Below are positions 10,060 to 19,891 of a stretch of 48,150 nt of DNA, piece after piece. The notes under the pieces are model-generated. The model was not told the origin of the DNA. It saw nothing but the letters and a program-made list of their open reading frames with translations, and searched no databases. Made by a program: the position numbers and the translations under genes. Position 1 is the first letter of the stretch. Each line of letters starts with the position of its first letter. The stretch comes from an uncultured Flavobacteriaceae bacterium. GTDB taxonomy: Bacteria > Bacteroidota > Bacteroidia > Flavobacteriales > Flavobacteriaceae. Location of the stretch: the NCBI GenBank assembly GCA_964195015.1, contig CAXMOQ010000001.1, forward strand, positions 1 through 48,150, written 5' to 3'.

Positions 10060-10080
10060 TTTATGTCTTTTGTTGTAATC

Positions 10081-11607
10081 TTAATTCGTAATAATGTTAA
10101 GCATTTTCTCTGTAGCCTTGATTGCTGAAACTGTTTGATCTGAATCCAATCCACGTGTTTTAAACTCTTTGTCAGTAATTTTCCAGGTAATAATGGTTTC
10201 ACATAAAGCGTCCGAATGGCTTCCTGGAGGAATTCGAACGGCATAATCTATTAATTCTGGTAAGGTGTTTAAGTGTTTTTTCTTAAAAATCTCTCTGATA
10301 GCATTCATAAATGCATCAAACTGTCCATCACCTTGTGCATGTTGTTCGTGAGATTCACCATTAATCATTAAACCTATTGTCGTAGATGGACGCAAGCCTT
10401 TGGCATGTGTTAAAACATAAGAATTTACACTTACATTTTCCTTATAAGAATAACTCTCTAAAACTTCGGCAATAATATATGGCAAATCCTCTTTAGTAAC
10501 GACTTGTTTTTTGTCTCCCAATTCGATAATACGTTCGGTGACTTTTTTTAAATCTTTATCATTTAAACTGATTCCCAAATCTTGTAAATTCTTTTGAATA
10601 TTAGCTTTTCCCGATGATTTCCCTAATGCATATTGTCGTTTTCTCCCGAAACGTTCTGGTAAAAGATCATTAAAATAAAGATTCTTTTTATTATCGCCAT
10701 CCGCATGAATCCCTGCTGTTTGGGTAAAAACATTAGCACCAATTACCGGTTTGTTGGCCGGAATCATAAATCCGGAAAACGTTTCAACCAATTTACTTAC
10801 CGTATATAAAGCCTTTTCATTAACCGTGGTTTGAATGTCTGGCATAAAATCGTTTATTACCGCCACAACACTAGTTAAAGGTGCATTTCCAGCACGTTCT
10901 CCCATTCCATTAACCGTTAAATGAAGACCATCTGCTCCAGCTTTTAAAGCTTCCATAACATTGGAAACACTTAAATCGTAATCATTATGTGCATGAAAAT
11001 CGAAATGTAAATGAGGATATTTTGTTTTGATTTCGGATACAAATTCATACGCTTCAGCAGGCGTAAGAACACCTAAAGTATCCGGAAGCATGGTGCGCTT
11101 AATTGGTTGTGTGGATAAAAACTCTAAAAATTCAAAGACATAGGCTTTAGAATTTCGCATACCGTTGCTCCAATCTTCTAAATAAACATTGGTTTCAATA
11201 CCGGCATCATTGGCAAGTTTCACAACTTCTGAAATTTCATTAAAATGCTGATTAGAAGTTTTTTTTAATTGATATGTTAAATGGTTTAACGAACCTTTTG
11301 TTAATAGATTTTGAACCTTCGCTCCTGCTTTTATCATCCACTCTATGGAGACACCCTTATCCACAAATGTCAACACTTCAACGGCATGTAAATAACCGTT
11401 TTCAGATGCCCAGTCGGTAATTGCCTTAACGGCTTGAAACTCGCCTTCCGAAACTCTTGCAGAAGCAATCTCAATACGATCAACCTTTAACTCTTGTAAC
11501 AAAAGTTTTGCTATAGTTAATTTTTCTGAAGCAGAAAAAGACACGCTCGATGTTTGCTCGCCATCGCGTAATGTCGTATCCATTATTTCTATTCTTCGTG
11601 TAGCCAT
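10081..11607 (-). CDS. leuA: 2-isopropylmalate synthase family (LeuA/CimA type), 508 aa
   Basis: TTLRDGEQ and HFDFHAHND motifs with a C-terminal LeuA-dimer-like region. Its ATG directly abuts the leuD stop (TAA ATG). Citramalate synthase cannot be excluded from sequence alone. Confidence 0.85.
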   Translation of the reverse strand: MATRRIEIMDTTLRDGEQTSSVSFSASEKLTIAKLLLQELKVDRIEIASARVSEGEFQAVKAITDWASENGYLHAVEVLTFVDKGVSIEWMIKAGAKVQNLLTKGSLNHLTYQLKKTSNQHFNEISEVVKLANDAGIETNVYLEDWSNGMRNSKAYVFEFLEFLSTQPIKRTMLPDTLGVLTPAEAYEFVSEIKTKYPHLHFDFHAHNDYDLSVSNVMEALKAGADGLHLTVNGMGERAGNAPLTSVVAVINDFMPDIQTTVNEKALYTVSKLVETFSGFMIPANKPVIGANVFTQTAGIHADGDNKKNLYFNDLLPERFGRKRQYALGKSSGKANIQKNLQDLGISLNDKDLKKVTERIIELGDKKQVVTKEDLPYIIAEVLESYSYKENVSVNSYVLTHAKGLRPSTTIGLMINGESHEQHAQGDGQFDAFMNAIREIFKKKHLNTLPELIDYAVRIPPGSHSDALCETIITWKITDKEFKTRGLDSDQTVSAIKATEKMLNIITN

Positions 11608-12204
11608 TTAAAGCAGAAGGCCGTTAGCAAACGTTTCGATATCACCTTTTATATTTTGCAGATAGTCAATATCATCAAAACCATGAAGCATATTATCTTT
11701 TTTATAACTATTTATATCAAAAGATTCTTGAGCTCCTGTAGATAAAATGGTAATGGTTTGATTTTGAAGATTTACTTCGAGTTCTGTTTTTGGATCGTCG
11801 TAAATAGCTTCAAAAATTTGTTCTGAAAATTCTGCACTTACCTGTACCGGCAAAACACCAACATTTAAACAATTATTTCTAAAAATATCGGCAAAGAAAC
11901 TCGATACCACACAACGAAATCCATAATCGTAAACCGCCCAAGCGGCATGTTCTCTTGATGAGCCTGAACCGAAATTCTTTCCACCAACCAAAATCTTTCC
12001 GCTGTAAATTGGGTTGTTTAAAATAAAACTTTCTTTAGGCGTGTTATCGGCATTATATCTCCAGTCTCTAAACAAATTATCTCCAAAGCCTTTACGCTCA
12101 ATTGCCTTAAGAAACCGCGCAGGAATAATTTGGTCCGTATCTACGTTTTCCAAGGGCAAAGGCACCGCTGTACTTGTTAGTGTATTAAATTTATCGTAAG
12201 CCAT
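11608..12204 (-). CDS. leuD: 3-isopropylmalate dehydratase small subunit
   Basis: 198 aa with GKNFGSGSSREHA. Confidence 0.95.
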   Translation of the reverse strand: MAYDKFNTLTSTAVPLPLENVDTDQIIPARFLKAIERKGFGDNLFRDWRYNADNTPKESFILNNPIYSGKILVGGKNFGSGSSREHAAWAVYDYGFRCVVSSFFADIFRNNCLNVGVLPVQVSAEFSEQIFEAIYDDPKTELEVNLQNQTITILSTGAQESFDINSYKKDNMLHGFDDIDYLQNIKGDIETFANGLLL

Positions 12205-12219
12205 ATTTCTAGTGTTCAG

Positions 12220-12240
12220 CTGCCAGTATTCAATAGGCAG
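12220..12240. repeat. short hairpin in the leuD-leuC spacer sharing a 13-mer with the element at 21924-22079
   Basis: CTGCC-AGTATTCAATA-GGCAG. AGTATTCAATAGG also occurs at the end of the tandem at 21989-22016. Confidence 0.6.
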
Positions 12241-12253
12241 TATTTTTATTTAA

Positions 12254-13648
12254 TTAAAGTAAATCTCTCGGATCGGTTACTATACCGGTTATTGCTGCTG
12301 CAGCTGCAACCAATGGACTTGCCAATAAAGTTCTTGACCCAGGACCTTGGCGGCCTTCAAAGTTTCGGTTGGATGTACTCACGGCATATTTCCCAGCCGG
12401 GATTTTATCATCGTTCATCGCTAAACAAGCAGAACATCCTGGTTGTCTTAATGTAAATCCAGCTTCAGTAATAATATCAAGAATGCCTTCTTCTTTAATT
12501 TGAGTCTCAACTTCGTGAGATCCCGGTACTAACCATGCGGTTAAACCATCGGCTTTTTTATTTCCATTTATAATTGATGCAAATGCACGAAAATCTTCAA
12601 TTCTACCATTGGTACAGCTTCCTACGAAAACAAAATCTACTTTTTTGCCGATCATGGGTTCGTTTTCTTCGTAGCCCATATAATCCAATGATTTTTTATA
12701 GGTTGCTTCTCCTCCTTCAAGTGCATCTGCAAAAGGAATATTTTTTGAGATTCCCATGCCCATGCCCGGATTTGTCCCATAAGTAATCATAGGTTCAATA
12801 TCGTAGGCATTGAAGTTCAATTCTTTATCAAATATAGCATCAGCATCCGTTTTTAATGTTTTCCATTGTTCTACAGCTTGATTCCATGCGTCACCTTTTA
12901 ATGATAATGGGCGTCCTTTTAAATACGCGAAGGTTGTTTCGTCTGGAGCAATCATGCCGCCACGAGCTCCCATTTCAATACTTAAGTTACAAACAGTCAT
13001 ACGGCCTTCCATGGTCATATTTTCAAATACATCACCGGCATATTCAACAAAATAACCCGTAGCTCCCGATGTTGATAATTGGGAAATAATGTATAAGGCA
13101 ACATCTTTTGGCGTTACGCCTTTACCTAACTGCCCATTTACATTGATGCGCATTTTTTTAGGTTTTGGTTGCATGATGCATTGTGTAGAAAGTACCATTT
13201 CAACTTCCGAAGTCCCTATTCCAAAAGCAATAGCACCAAAAGCGCCGTGCGTTGAGGTATGTGAATCTCCACAAACAATCGTGGCTCCCGGAAAGGTAAT
13301 TCCGTTTTCAGGACCTACCACATGCACTATCCCATTTTTTTGATGTCCGAGACCCCAATGGCTAATACCGTATTCATTGGAATTATCTTCCAATGCTTTT
13401 AATTGGTTTGCCGATAACGGGTCTTCAACTGGTAAATGCTGATTAATGGTTGGTGTATTATGATCGGCGGTTGCGAATGTGCGCTCCGGATATAAAACTT
13501 TTAATCCTCTGCTCTTTAATCCAAGAAAAGCTACAGGGCTTGTAACTTCGTGAATAAAATGACGGTCTATAAAAAACACATCAGGACCTCCATCAATTTT
13601 TTTCACAACATGCGAATCCCATACCTTGTCAAACAATGTTTTGCTCAT
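12254..13648 (-). CDS. leuC: 3-isopropylmalate dehydratase large subunit
   Basis: 464 aa with aconitase-family Cys motifs CGDSHT and GSCTNGR. Confidence 0.95.
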   Translation of the reverse strand: MSKTLFDKVWDSHVVKKIDGGPDVFFIDRHFIHEVTSPVAFLGLKSRGLKVLYPERTFATADHNTPTINQHLPVEDPLSANQLKALEDNSNEYGISHWGLGHQKNGIVHVVGPENGITFPGATIVCGDSHTSTHGAFGAIAFGIGTSEVEMVLSTQCIMQPKPKKMRINVNGQLGKGVTPKDVALYIISQLSTSGATGYFVEYAGDVFENMTMEGRMTVCNLSIEMGARGGMIAPDETTFAYLKGRPLSLKGDAWNQAVEQWKTLKTDADAIFDKELNFNAYDIEPMITYGTNPGMGMGISKNIPFADALEGGEATYKKSLDYMGYEENEPMIGKKVDFVFVGSCTNGRIEDFRAFASIINGNKKADGLTAWLVPGSHEVETQIKEEGILDIITEAGFTLRQPGCSACLAMNDDKIPAGKYAVSTSNRNFEGRQGPGSRTLLASPLVAAAAAITGIVTDPRDLL

Positions 13649-13880
13649 ATTCTTCCTTGAATTTTATATACTGATTTGTTCATGCGAACAAAATTAGATG
13701 ATTAATTATTTACACGTTTTGAAAATGCGTATAAACTACTTTTTTCAAAACTATATTTGAAACGCTAAAGTATCTGATTGTTAATTTTTTACGCATTCTT
13801 AAATTGTGATGCTCAAGCTAGATTTTAAAGCAATAGATCGTACAATTTTAACAAATTTTTAGACGAAGAATTTTGTCAGG

Positions 13881-14267
13881 TTACTTTAATCGGTCTTTCA
13901 TGTATTCTACATTGGTTTTGCCATGAGGTTTTGGCTTGCCGTGGTCATCTAAATTCACCATGACTATTTTTTCGATCGTTATGATGGTATCTTTGGTCAT
14001 CATATTCCGCACTTCGACTCGTAATGTGATGGAGGCCGTTCCAAATTTGGCGACTTCAATGCCAATTTCGATAATATCACCTTCTTTGGCTGAAGATTTA
14101 AAATCTATTTCGGTAATATATTTTGTGACTATTTGAGAATTTTCTAACTGAACTACGGTGTACAAAGCAGCTTCCTCGTCAATCCATGCTAAAAGCCGAC
14201 CTCCAAATAAGGTGCCATTGGGGTTTAAATCCTCTGGTTTCACCCATTTTCGCGTGTGAAATTTCAT
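13881..14267 (-). CDS. acyl-CoA thioesterase (hotdog fold)
   Basis: MKFHTRKWVKPEDLNPNGTLFGGRLLAWIDEEAA is typical of YciA/BFIT-type thioesterases. The ORF-track start 14291 is TTG; the ATG at 14267 is preferred. Confidence 0.8.
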   Translation of the reverse strand: MKFHTRKWVKPEDLNPNGTLFGGRLLAWIDEEAALYTVVQLENSQIVTKYITEIDFKSSAKEGDIIEIGIEVAKFGTASITLRVEVRNMMTKDTIITIEKIVMVNLDDHGKPKPHGKTNVEYMKDRLK

Positions 14268-14410
14268 GTGTTTATATTTATTGTTTTTCAAAGGTCACAT
14301 GCTGTTCGCTATTAATCATTCCCTTGGGTGATAGAACTTTTAACATGCTCGTTTCATGTGTTCATATTTATTGTTTTTTAATTGTCACATGTAACATTCA
14401 TGTAATCATT
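14262..14410. repeat. direct duplication (period 90 bp) of the thioesterase translation-start/5' region
   Basis: TTTCATGTGTTTATATTTATTGTTTTTCAAAGGTCACAT (14262-) versus TTTCATGTGTTCATATTTATTGTTTTTTAATTGTCACAT (14352-) match at 35 of 39 positions. Both copies end in TAATCATT. Confidence 0.7.
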
Positions 14411-14593
14411 TTTTGAGTATCCAACATTTGGTTATGGATGTTTCATATCATATTTTTTGTAAAGATTAACAATTATTGTCCAAAAACTTCATTGTTGTGT
14501 TAATCTTTTTCTAAACTTTTCTTAAACACTGTATGGAATAATTTACATGCTTTATATTTATATCAATTAGTAAACTGAAAGATCATATCATAG

Positions 14594-15220
14594 ATGTATA
14601 AATTTTACTTCATATTAGTGTACACAGTTCTATTTTCTTCTTGTATTAACTCACAAAACAAACAAGAAACCTCAAAGACCGTTGGTGGACCTTGTGAAGG
14701 CTGTGAGGCCATTTATGAATATGATGACAAGATATTAACATCCACGGATACTTTAGCTGGATTTAACATCTTAAAACCTCAAATTAAAATTAGTGGTATC
14801 GTATATAAAAAAGATGGTAAAACACCTGCTGAAGATATTATACTCTATGTATATCACACCAATGACAAAGGTATTTATCCATCAAACAAGGCCTCTAAAG
14901 GATGGGAACGAAGACATGGTACTTTAAGAGGATGGGTCAAGACAGACAGTAACGGAAGCTATACGTTTTACACATCCAGACCCGCTTCGTATCCTAATAC
15001 AAGGATTCCGCAACATATCCATATCACCATAAAAGAACCTGATAAAAATGAATATTATATTTCGGCTTTCTATTTTGAAGATGACCCGAATTTAACCGAT
15101 AATATTAGGAACGACCCTAATCCCAGAGGTGGCTCTGGGATAATTTCATTGCGAGATCGGAGCGAAATAAAAGAAGCAACCCGAAACATTATTCTAGGAT
15201 TAAATATTCCCAACTACTGA
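14594..15220 (+). CDS. intradiol ring-cleavage dioxygenase-like protein, secreted, 208 aa
   Basis: Signal peptide MYKFYFILVYTVLFSSC. Core YHTNDKGIY..RHGTLRGW..TDSNGSYTFYTSRPASYP..IPQHIHI resembles the protocatechuate/catechol dioxygenase beta-sandwich. Confidence 0.7.
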   Translation: MYKFYFILVYTVLFSSCINSQNKQETSKTVGGPCEGCEAIYEYDDKILTSTDTLAGFNILKPQIKISGIVYKKDGKTPAEDIILYVYHTNDKGIYPSNKASKGWERRHGTLRGWVKTDSNGSYTFYTSRPASYPNTRIPQHIHITIKEPDKNEYYISAFYFEDDPNLTDNIRNDPNPRGGSGIISLRDRSEIKEATRNIILGLNIPNY

Positions 15221-15280
15221 ATACCAATACTAATTTTTTAGTGTCATTGATTTTAGCGTTGTTCTTCAAAACTCCTAAAT

Positions 15281-16972
15281 CTATATTTTCTCGTTTATAT
15301 AAGCGACAATTTCATTTTCTAGCGCTACAGTTTTATCAAAAGTTGCTTTTGCACGGATTAAAATATCATCGGTAAACGCTCTGTCTTTTATATCTTTCGC
15401 ATTAATACGCACATTAAAATACGCACCATAAACTGCGGTTCTCGCACACAAAGCTCCAACACCGGCATCGGATAACGAGTTTTGCAAACCTATATTTGCC
15501 ATGGCTTGCATAACTTCCATAGATTGGTAAGCTGTTTCCATCACCTGATAAGGCACTTGAGTTGCATATTTTGTAGCAGCTTCAATGGCCATTGTTCTTT
15601 CCTCTTTTTCTTTATCGTTAGATTTTGGCATTCTGAAGCCATCAATAATTTTATTAAAAGCATTGGTGTCTTCGTCTACCAAAGCCAATAATTTGTTTTT
15701 ATAAGCTTGTCCTTTTTCTGCCCATTCAGAGAATTCTTCCCAACGCTCGTCCCAACCTGATTTATGAGCCGACAAATTAGCAACCATAGCCCCTAGAGAA
15801 ACGCCCAGAACACCCACATAGGCAGAAATTGAACCTCCTCCAGGAGCCATGGATTCTCCTGCGGTTTCTTCGGCAAAATCTGTTAAGGTTAAATCGATTA
15901 ATTGTTTGGTTTTAGATTTTAAAACATACTCGATAATCTTTTCATTGGGATTAAAGGGTTTCAAATCGTCCAGTCCCAGAGACTTTACAGCAATTTTAAT
16001 TTTATCGGTTTCCGAAATACCCAACGAACGCTGTTGCTTTTTTAAATAGAAATCTCCGGCATCCAGCATGGCTTTTAGTGGAATTAATCCAATAAGTTCC
16101 GATCCTGTGACACGCAAGCCTCGTTTTTCTGCCGATTTACAGGTTTCGTCAAATGTCTCATGCATGGATGTAATGCTGATATTCGTGAGGTTATAGGAAA
16201 TTTGAGCGATGCCATATTCTTCAATAAACCAACCAATTCCTTTTACGGCTTTTAATTTACCCGGAATTCGTACTGGTTCGCCATTTGCATCCAAAACCTT
16301 CTTTCCAGTAATAGGATTGCCTTCCCGTTTTACGCGTCCTCCTTCACGAATATCAAATGCTATTGAATTTGCACGTCGTGTAGATGTAGAATTCAGATTC
16401 ACATTATACGCCACCAAAAAATCGCGTGCCGAAATCGCCGTTGCACCAGTTCTTAAAACTTTATCGTTAAATTCTGCCGGACCAAAATCCGGTTTCCAAT
16501 CGGGTTCAGATAGTTTTTTAGGCAGACCTTCGTATTCTCCTGCACGGCAATTGGCAAGGTTGATACGCTTTTCTTCTTGGGCAGCTTTTTCATATAAATA
16601 CACGGGGATCTCAAGCTCATCTCCTACGCGTTCTCCAAGATTTTTTGCATAGGTAGCTGTTTCTTCTAAAGTGATCCCTGAAATGGGAACCAAGGGACAA
16701 ACATCAGTAGCACCAAAACGTGGATGCTCTCCTGTGTGTTTGCTCATATCGATAAGTTGTGACGCTTTTTGAATTAACAAAAAAGCGGCTTCAATAACTT
16801 GGTTCGGCTCTCCAACAAAAGTAATAACGGTTCGATTGGTCGCACTTCCTGGATCAATATCAAGTAACTTTACGCCTTCAACCGTTTCAACAATATTGGC
16901 GATTTCGTTTATTTTATCCAGATCACGTCCTTCACTTATATTTGGTACGCATTCAATGAGTTGTTTTTGCAT
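15281..16972 (-). CDS. ftcD: glutamate formimidoyltransferase / formimidoyltetrahydrofolate cyclodeaminase
   Basis: 563 aa. N-terminal ECVPNISEGR formiminotransferase signature and a C-terminal cyclodeaminase-like helical domain. Confidence 0.9.
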   Translation of the reverse strand: MQKQLIECVPNISEGRDLDKINEIANIVETVEGVKLLDIDPGSATNRTVITFVGEPNQVIEAAFLLIQKASQLIDMSKHTGEHPRFGATDVCPLVPISGITLEETATYAKNLGERVGDELEIPVYLYEKAAQEEKRINLANCRAGEYEGLPKKLSEPDWKPDFGPAEFNDKVLRTGATAISARDFLVAYNVNLNSTSTRRANSIAFDIREGGRVKREGNPITGKKVLDANGEPVRIPGKLKAVKGIGWFIEEYGIAQISYNLTNISITSMHETFDETCKSAEKRGLRVTGSELIGLIPLKAMLDAGDFYLKKQQRSLGISETDKIKIAVKSLGLDDLKPFNPNEKIIEYVLKSKTKQLIDLTLTDFAEETAGESMAPGGGSISAYVGVLGVSLGAMVANLSAHKSGWDERWEEFSEWAEKGQAYKNKLLALVDEDTNAFNKIIDGFRMPKSNDKEKEERTMAIEAATKYATQVPYQVMETAYQSMEVMQAMANIGLQNSLSDAGVGALCARTAVYGAYFNVRINAKDIKDRAFTDDILIRAKATFDKTVALENEIVAYINEKI

Positions 16973-17041
16973 TTCTTATAATTATTTGGCTGATTTGATT
17001 CTCTGATATTTTGCATCAAATATACATATCAATGGTAGGTT

Positions 17042-17791
17042 TTAAAAGATTAATTCCGGATAATTAAATTCTAGACAAACCTCCTTTACATTCCCTAGAT
17101 ATTCCTTCCCTCGTATCCTTTTAACTGGAAATGCCATGAGATTTTCATCTTCACTAGGCTTAATAAGTGCTTTAATATTTTTACTCTTGATGTCAAGCCA
17201 ATTGTCTTCATTATTTTTTGACAAAATAACTGGCATTCTTGGTCCTTCTAGTTTTGGATTATTGTGAATTTTAGACATAAATTGGTTTCCAACAGTAGTG
17301 ACAATTGTAAAAGTGCTTAATATTTCGCCAGTATTTTCATTTAACCACTCACTATTCAGACCTGCAAAACATAAAGGCTCATTATTTATACTTTTAATAA
17401 AAAAAGGATAACGCCTACCGTTAAAATGATGATGCTCGTAAAATCCATCTACATAAATTAAGCATCTGCTGCTTTTAGCAGCACTTTTAAAAGAAGGCTT
17501 ATCAAAAATTGTTTCTCCTCTTGCATTAAGAGTACTATTCCAAAGTTTTAAAATATGCTCTTCGCTTTTTACCCAATAAGGGACTAATCCCCAAATTGAA
17601 AGTTTAGGAATTTGAGTTGACTTGTTATTGTAGACAAATAATTTAGGATGTGAAAACCCAGAAATATGATGAAAAGTAATATCACCATAGGGTAATAACT
17701 TTTCTTCTATCTCTTTAATAGAATCAATCTGACCGAATCTTTTCGCACGCTTTAATTGTGTTTCAAAGCTTGTTTTTATGTCATAACACAT
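17042..17791 (-). CDS. SOS response-associated peptidase (SRAP/YedK family)
   Basis: 249 aa starting with Met-Cys (MCYD; catalytic Cys2 in the family). SRAP-like core WGLVPYW..NARGETI. Confidence 0.85.
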   Translation of the reverse strand: MCYDIKTSFETQLKRAKRFGQIDSIKEIEEKLLPYGDITFHHISGFSHPKLFVYNNKSTQIPKLSIWGLVPYWVKSEEHILKLWNSTLNARGETIFDKPSFKSAAKSSRCLIYVDGFYEHHHFNGRRYPFFIKSINNEPLCFAGLNSEWLNENTGEILSTFTIVTTVGNQFMSKIHNNPKLEGPRMPVILSKNNEDNWLDIKSKNIKALIKPSEDENLMAFPVKRIRGKEYLGNVKEVCLEFNYPELIF

Positions 17792-17974
17792 ATGTTAAAA
17801 TAACATTATTAGGTAAAGATAAAGAAACATTAATATTCAAATTTAATATACATCATTCAAAATATAATAATATGAAGAAAAAATGACCTGTGTTAATAAC
17901 GCAGTTAACAAGTATCTACTTACCTACTCCTTTTAAGTTCAATAATCTATATTTTTATTAAAACTCCAAAAATT

Positions 17975-18391
17975 ATGAACTCTAGACAAAACAACCTAAA
18001 GCAAATTCGTCCTGAATTTAAGACAACAACCATTAATGAGAACATGAGTAATGATGAGCGTTTTCAAAACCTGACTTTACGCCCTATTACGAAACTGCAA
18101 GGTCCTTTGCTAATAGAAGTTTTTAGAAATTATGTTGCTAAACATAAAAGTGTTTTTTATGATTTGACTTTGGATAAACGAATGGACTATATTGAAAATG
18201 CCATTCACAAAGACATGAAATTTCGTAACGCATTAAAAGGGATGATTATTGGCCAATTTACGGTTGAAGAATATTTAATTTACACTGAGAACTCTTCAGC
18301 TTTAAACAAACGTATGATGCATATTGTTAAAGAGGTTCTGCTAAATAACATCCAACTTTTTGTGCGTCCGGAAATGCTCGCAGTAGTTTAA
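17975..18391 (+). CDS. hypothetical protein, 138 aa
   Basis: ATG ORF, no signal peptide or TM. No family recognised. Confidence 0.5.
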   Translation: MNSRQNNLKQIRPEFKTTTINENMSNDERFQNLTLRPITKLQGPLLIEVFRNYVAKHKSVFYDLTLDKRMDYIENAIHKDMKFRNALKGMIIGQFTVEEYLIYTENSSALNKRMMHIVKEVLLNNIQLFVRPEMLAVV

Positions 18392-18430
18392 TAAAATTTT
18401 AACATAGTGATGTTATTATATTGCATATTT

Positions 18431-18448
18431 TTGGAACGTTCATTTCAA
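18431..18448. promoter_or_regulatory. candidate TetR operator, site 1 (TTGGAA-N6-TTTCAA)
   Basis: TTGGAACGTTCATTTCAA ends 6 nt upstream of the TetR ATG. The same half-sites recur at 19053-19070. Confidence 0.35.
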
Positions 18449-18454
18449 TAAGAT

Positions 18455-19036
18455 ATGCCTAAAGTAGAAACTTTTAATAAAGAATTCGTTTTAAAACAAG
18501 CCATAGAAGTATTTCATGATAAAGGGTACAACGCGACTTCTATGCAAGATCTTGTTGATGCTACGGGCTTGAATAGATCCAGTATTTACAATTCGTTTGA
18601 TAGTAAGCTAAACCTCTTTATGGAATGCCTAAATGCATACCAAGCCAAGTACATCAGAGAGACCTCAAAAGTATTGCTTAAAGCTAATAATCCAATTCAT
18701 GCTATTGAACTTATTTTCGATTTATACTTAAAAGAAATTATCAAAGACAAATTTGATAGAGGCTGTATGATAACCAATTGCAAGTCCGAAATGGCAAATC
18801 ATGAAGGATTGATAACCAATTTCCTGAATATGAATCAGCAGAGTACTATTGCATTGCTGGAAGACCTAGTTTCAAAAGGACAAGAAGAAACATTAATAAA
18901 CAATAAAAGAACACCTAGCGAGTACGCCTTGTATTTATATTCCTCATTGCAAGGATTTAGAATGACCGGAATATTGATTACAGATAGAACACATTTAAAA
19001 AGTATTGTAAACACAGTTTTACAAACATTAATTTAA
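18455..19036 (+). CDS. TetR/AcrR family transcriptional regulator
   Basis: 193 aa with N-terminal HTH GYNATSMQDLVDATGLNRSSIYNSF. Confidence 0.85.
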   Translation: MPKVETFNKEFVLKQAIEVFHDKGYNATSMQDLVDATGLNRSSIYNSFDSKLNLFMECLNAYQAKYIRETSKVLLKANNPIHAIELIFDLYLKEIIKDKFDRGCMITNCKSEMANHEGLITNFLNMNQQSTIALLEDLVSKGQEETLINNKRTPSEYALYLYSSLQGFRMTGILITDRTHLKSIVNTVLQTLI

Positions 19037-19052
19037 TTTTTTTTAATCATAT

Positions 19053-19070
19053 TTGGAACGATTGTTTCAA
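19053..19070. promoter_or_regulatory. candidate TetR operator, site 2 (TTGGAA-N6-TTTCAA)
   Basis: TTGGAACGATTGTTTCAA ends 17 nt upstream of the SDR ATG, inside the 51-nt TetR-SDR spacer. Confidence 0.35.
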
Positions 19071-19087
19071 ATAAAATAAACAATGAA

Positions 19088-19837
19088 ATGAGTAAACTTA
19101 AAAACAAAGTAGCCATTATTACAGGAGCGAATAGTGGTATCGGATTAGCAACAGCAAAATTATATCTGAAAGAAGGAGCGAAAGTAGTATTATCCGGAAG
19201 ACGAACAGATGCACTAGAAGAAGCTTCAAAAAATCTAGAAGGTGATTTTATAATAGTAACAGCCGATGTTTCAAAACCAGAAGATAACAAGCGACTAATA
19301 AATGAGGCTGTTGACAAATATGGTGCTATTGATATACTATTTTTAAATGCCGGTATTGCAAAACCAATTCCAGCAACAGACATTACTGAAGCACATTATG
19401 ATGAAATATTCAATATCAACGTAAAAGGGCCAATTTTAGCCATTAAGGAAGCGCTACCATTTATTAATGAAGGCGGAACAATTCTTTTCACAAATTCAGT
19501 AGTGCATCAAAAAGGATTTGAAGGATTAGGAATTTATTCGGCAACCAAAGGCGCTTTGAGAGCATATTCCAGGGTTTTGACTTCCGAGTTAAAATCGAGA
19601 GGCATTCGTGTAAACTCTATTGCTCCTGGACCAATTGAAACACCACTATATGGTAAAATGGATTTACCAATGGATGTTGTAGAAGAAATGGGTAAAGGGT
19701 TTGCATCTCAAGTTCCATTAGGGAGATTTGGTACTTCGGAAGAGGTTGCTCAAACCGCACTCTTTTTAGCTTCGGAGGATGCGTCTTATATTAATGGCGT
19801 GGAATTGGAAGTTGACGGCGGATTGAGCCAAGTATAA
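19088..19837 (+). CDS. SDR family oxidoreductase
   Basis: 249 aa with TGANSGIG (TGxxxGxG) and YSATK (YxxxK). Confidence 0.9.
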   Translation: MSKLKNKVAIITGANSGIGLATAKLYLKEGAKVVLSGRRTDALEEASKNLEGDFIIVTADVSKPEDNKRLINEAVDKYGAIDILFLNAGIAKPIPATDITEAHYDEIFNINVKGPILAIKEALPFINEGGTILFTNSVVHQKGFEGLGIYSATKGALRAYSRVLTSELKSRGIRVNSIAPGPIETPLYGKMDLPMDVVEEMGKGFASQVPLGRFGTSEEVAQTALFLASEDASYINGVELEVDGGLSQV

Positions 19838-19863
19838 ACCAAAATTAATTAATAGCACATTTT

Positions 19864-19891
19864 AGGGCAGGAATTTATTTCTGCCCTTTTA
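19864..19891 (+). terminator. intrinsic terminator after the SDR gene
   Basis: GGGCAG-N10-CTGCCC followed by TTTT. Overlaps the stop codon of the convergent DUF2461 gene. Confidence 0.6.

Noticed and set aside
10056-10244. 62-aa ORF overlapping the leuA 3' end and the leuB start
   Set aside because: It is out of frame with the conserved leuA C-terminus and has no motif. Spurious.
15281-16972. ftcD standing alone without hutH/hutU/hutI, and sucD without sucC, as possible signs of rearrangement
   Set aside because: Dispersed pathway genes are common in Bacteroidota genomes. Nothing in the flanks (no repeats, no mobile genes, no truncations) suggests a recent rearrangement.
17891-17910. Palindrome TGTTAA-N8-TTAACA between the SRAP peptidase gene and the divergent ORF, considered as a LexA/SOS box
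   Set aside because: It has only 6-bp AT-rich arms and lies about 100 nt from the SRAP start. I cannot recall a validated Bacteroidota LexA motif that matches it. The evidence is too weak to call.
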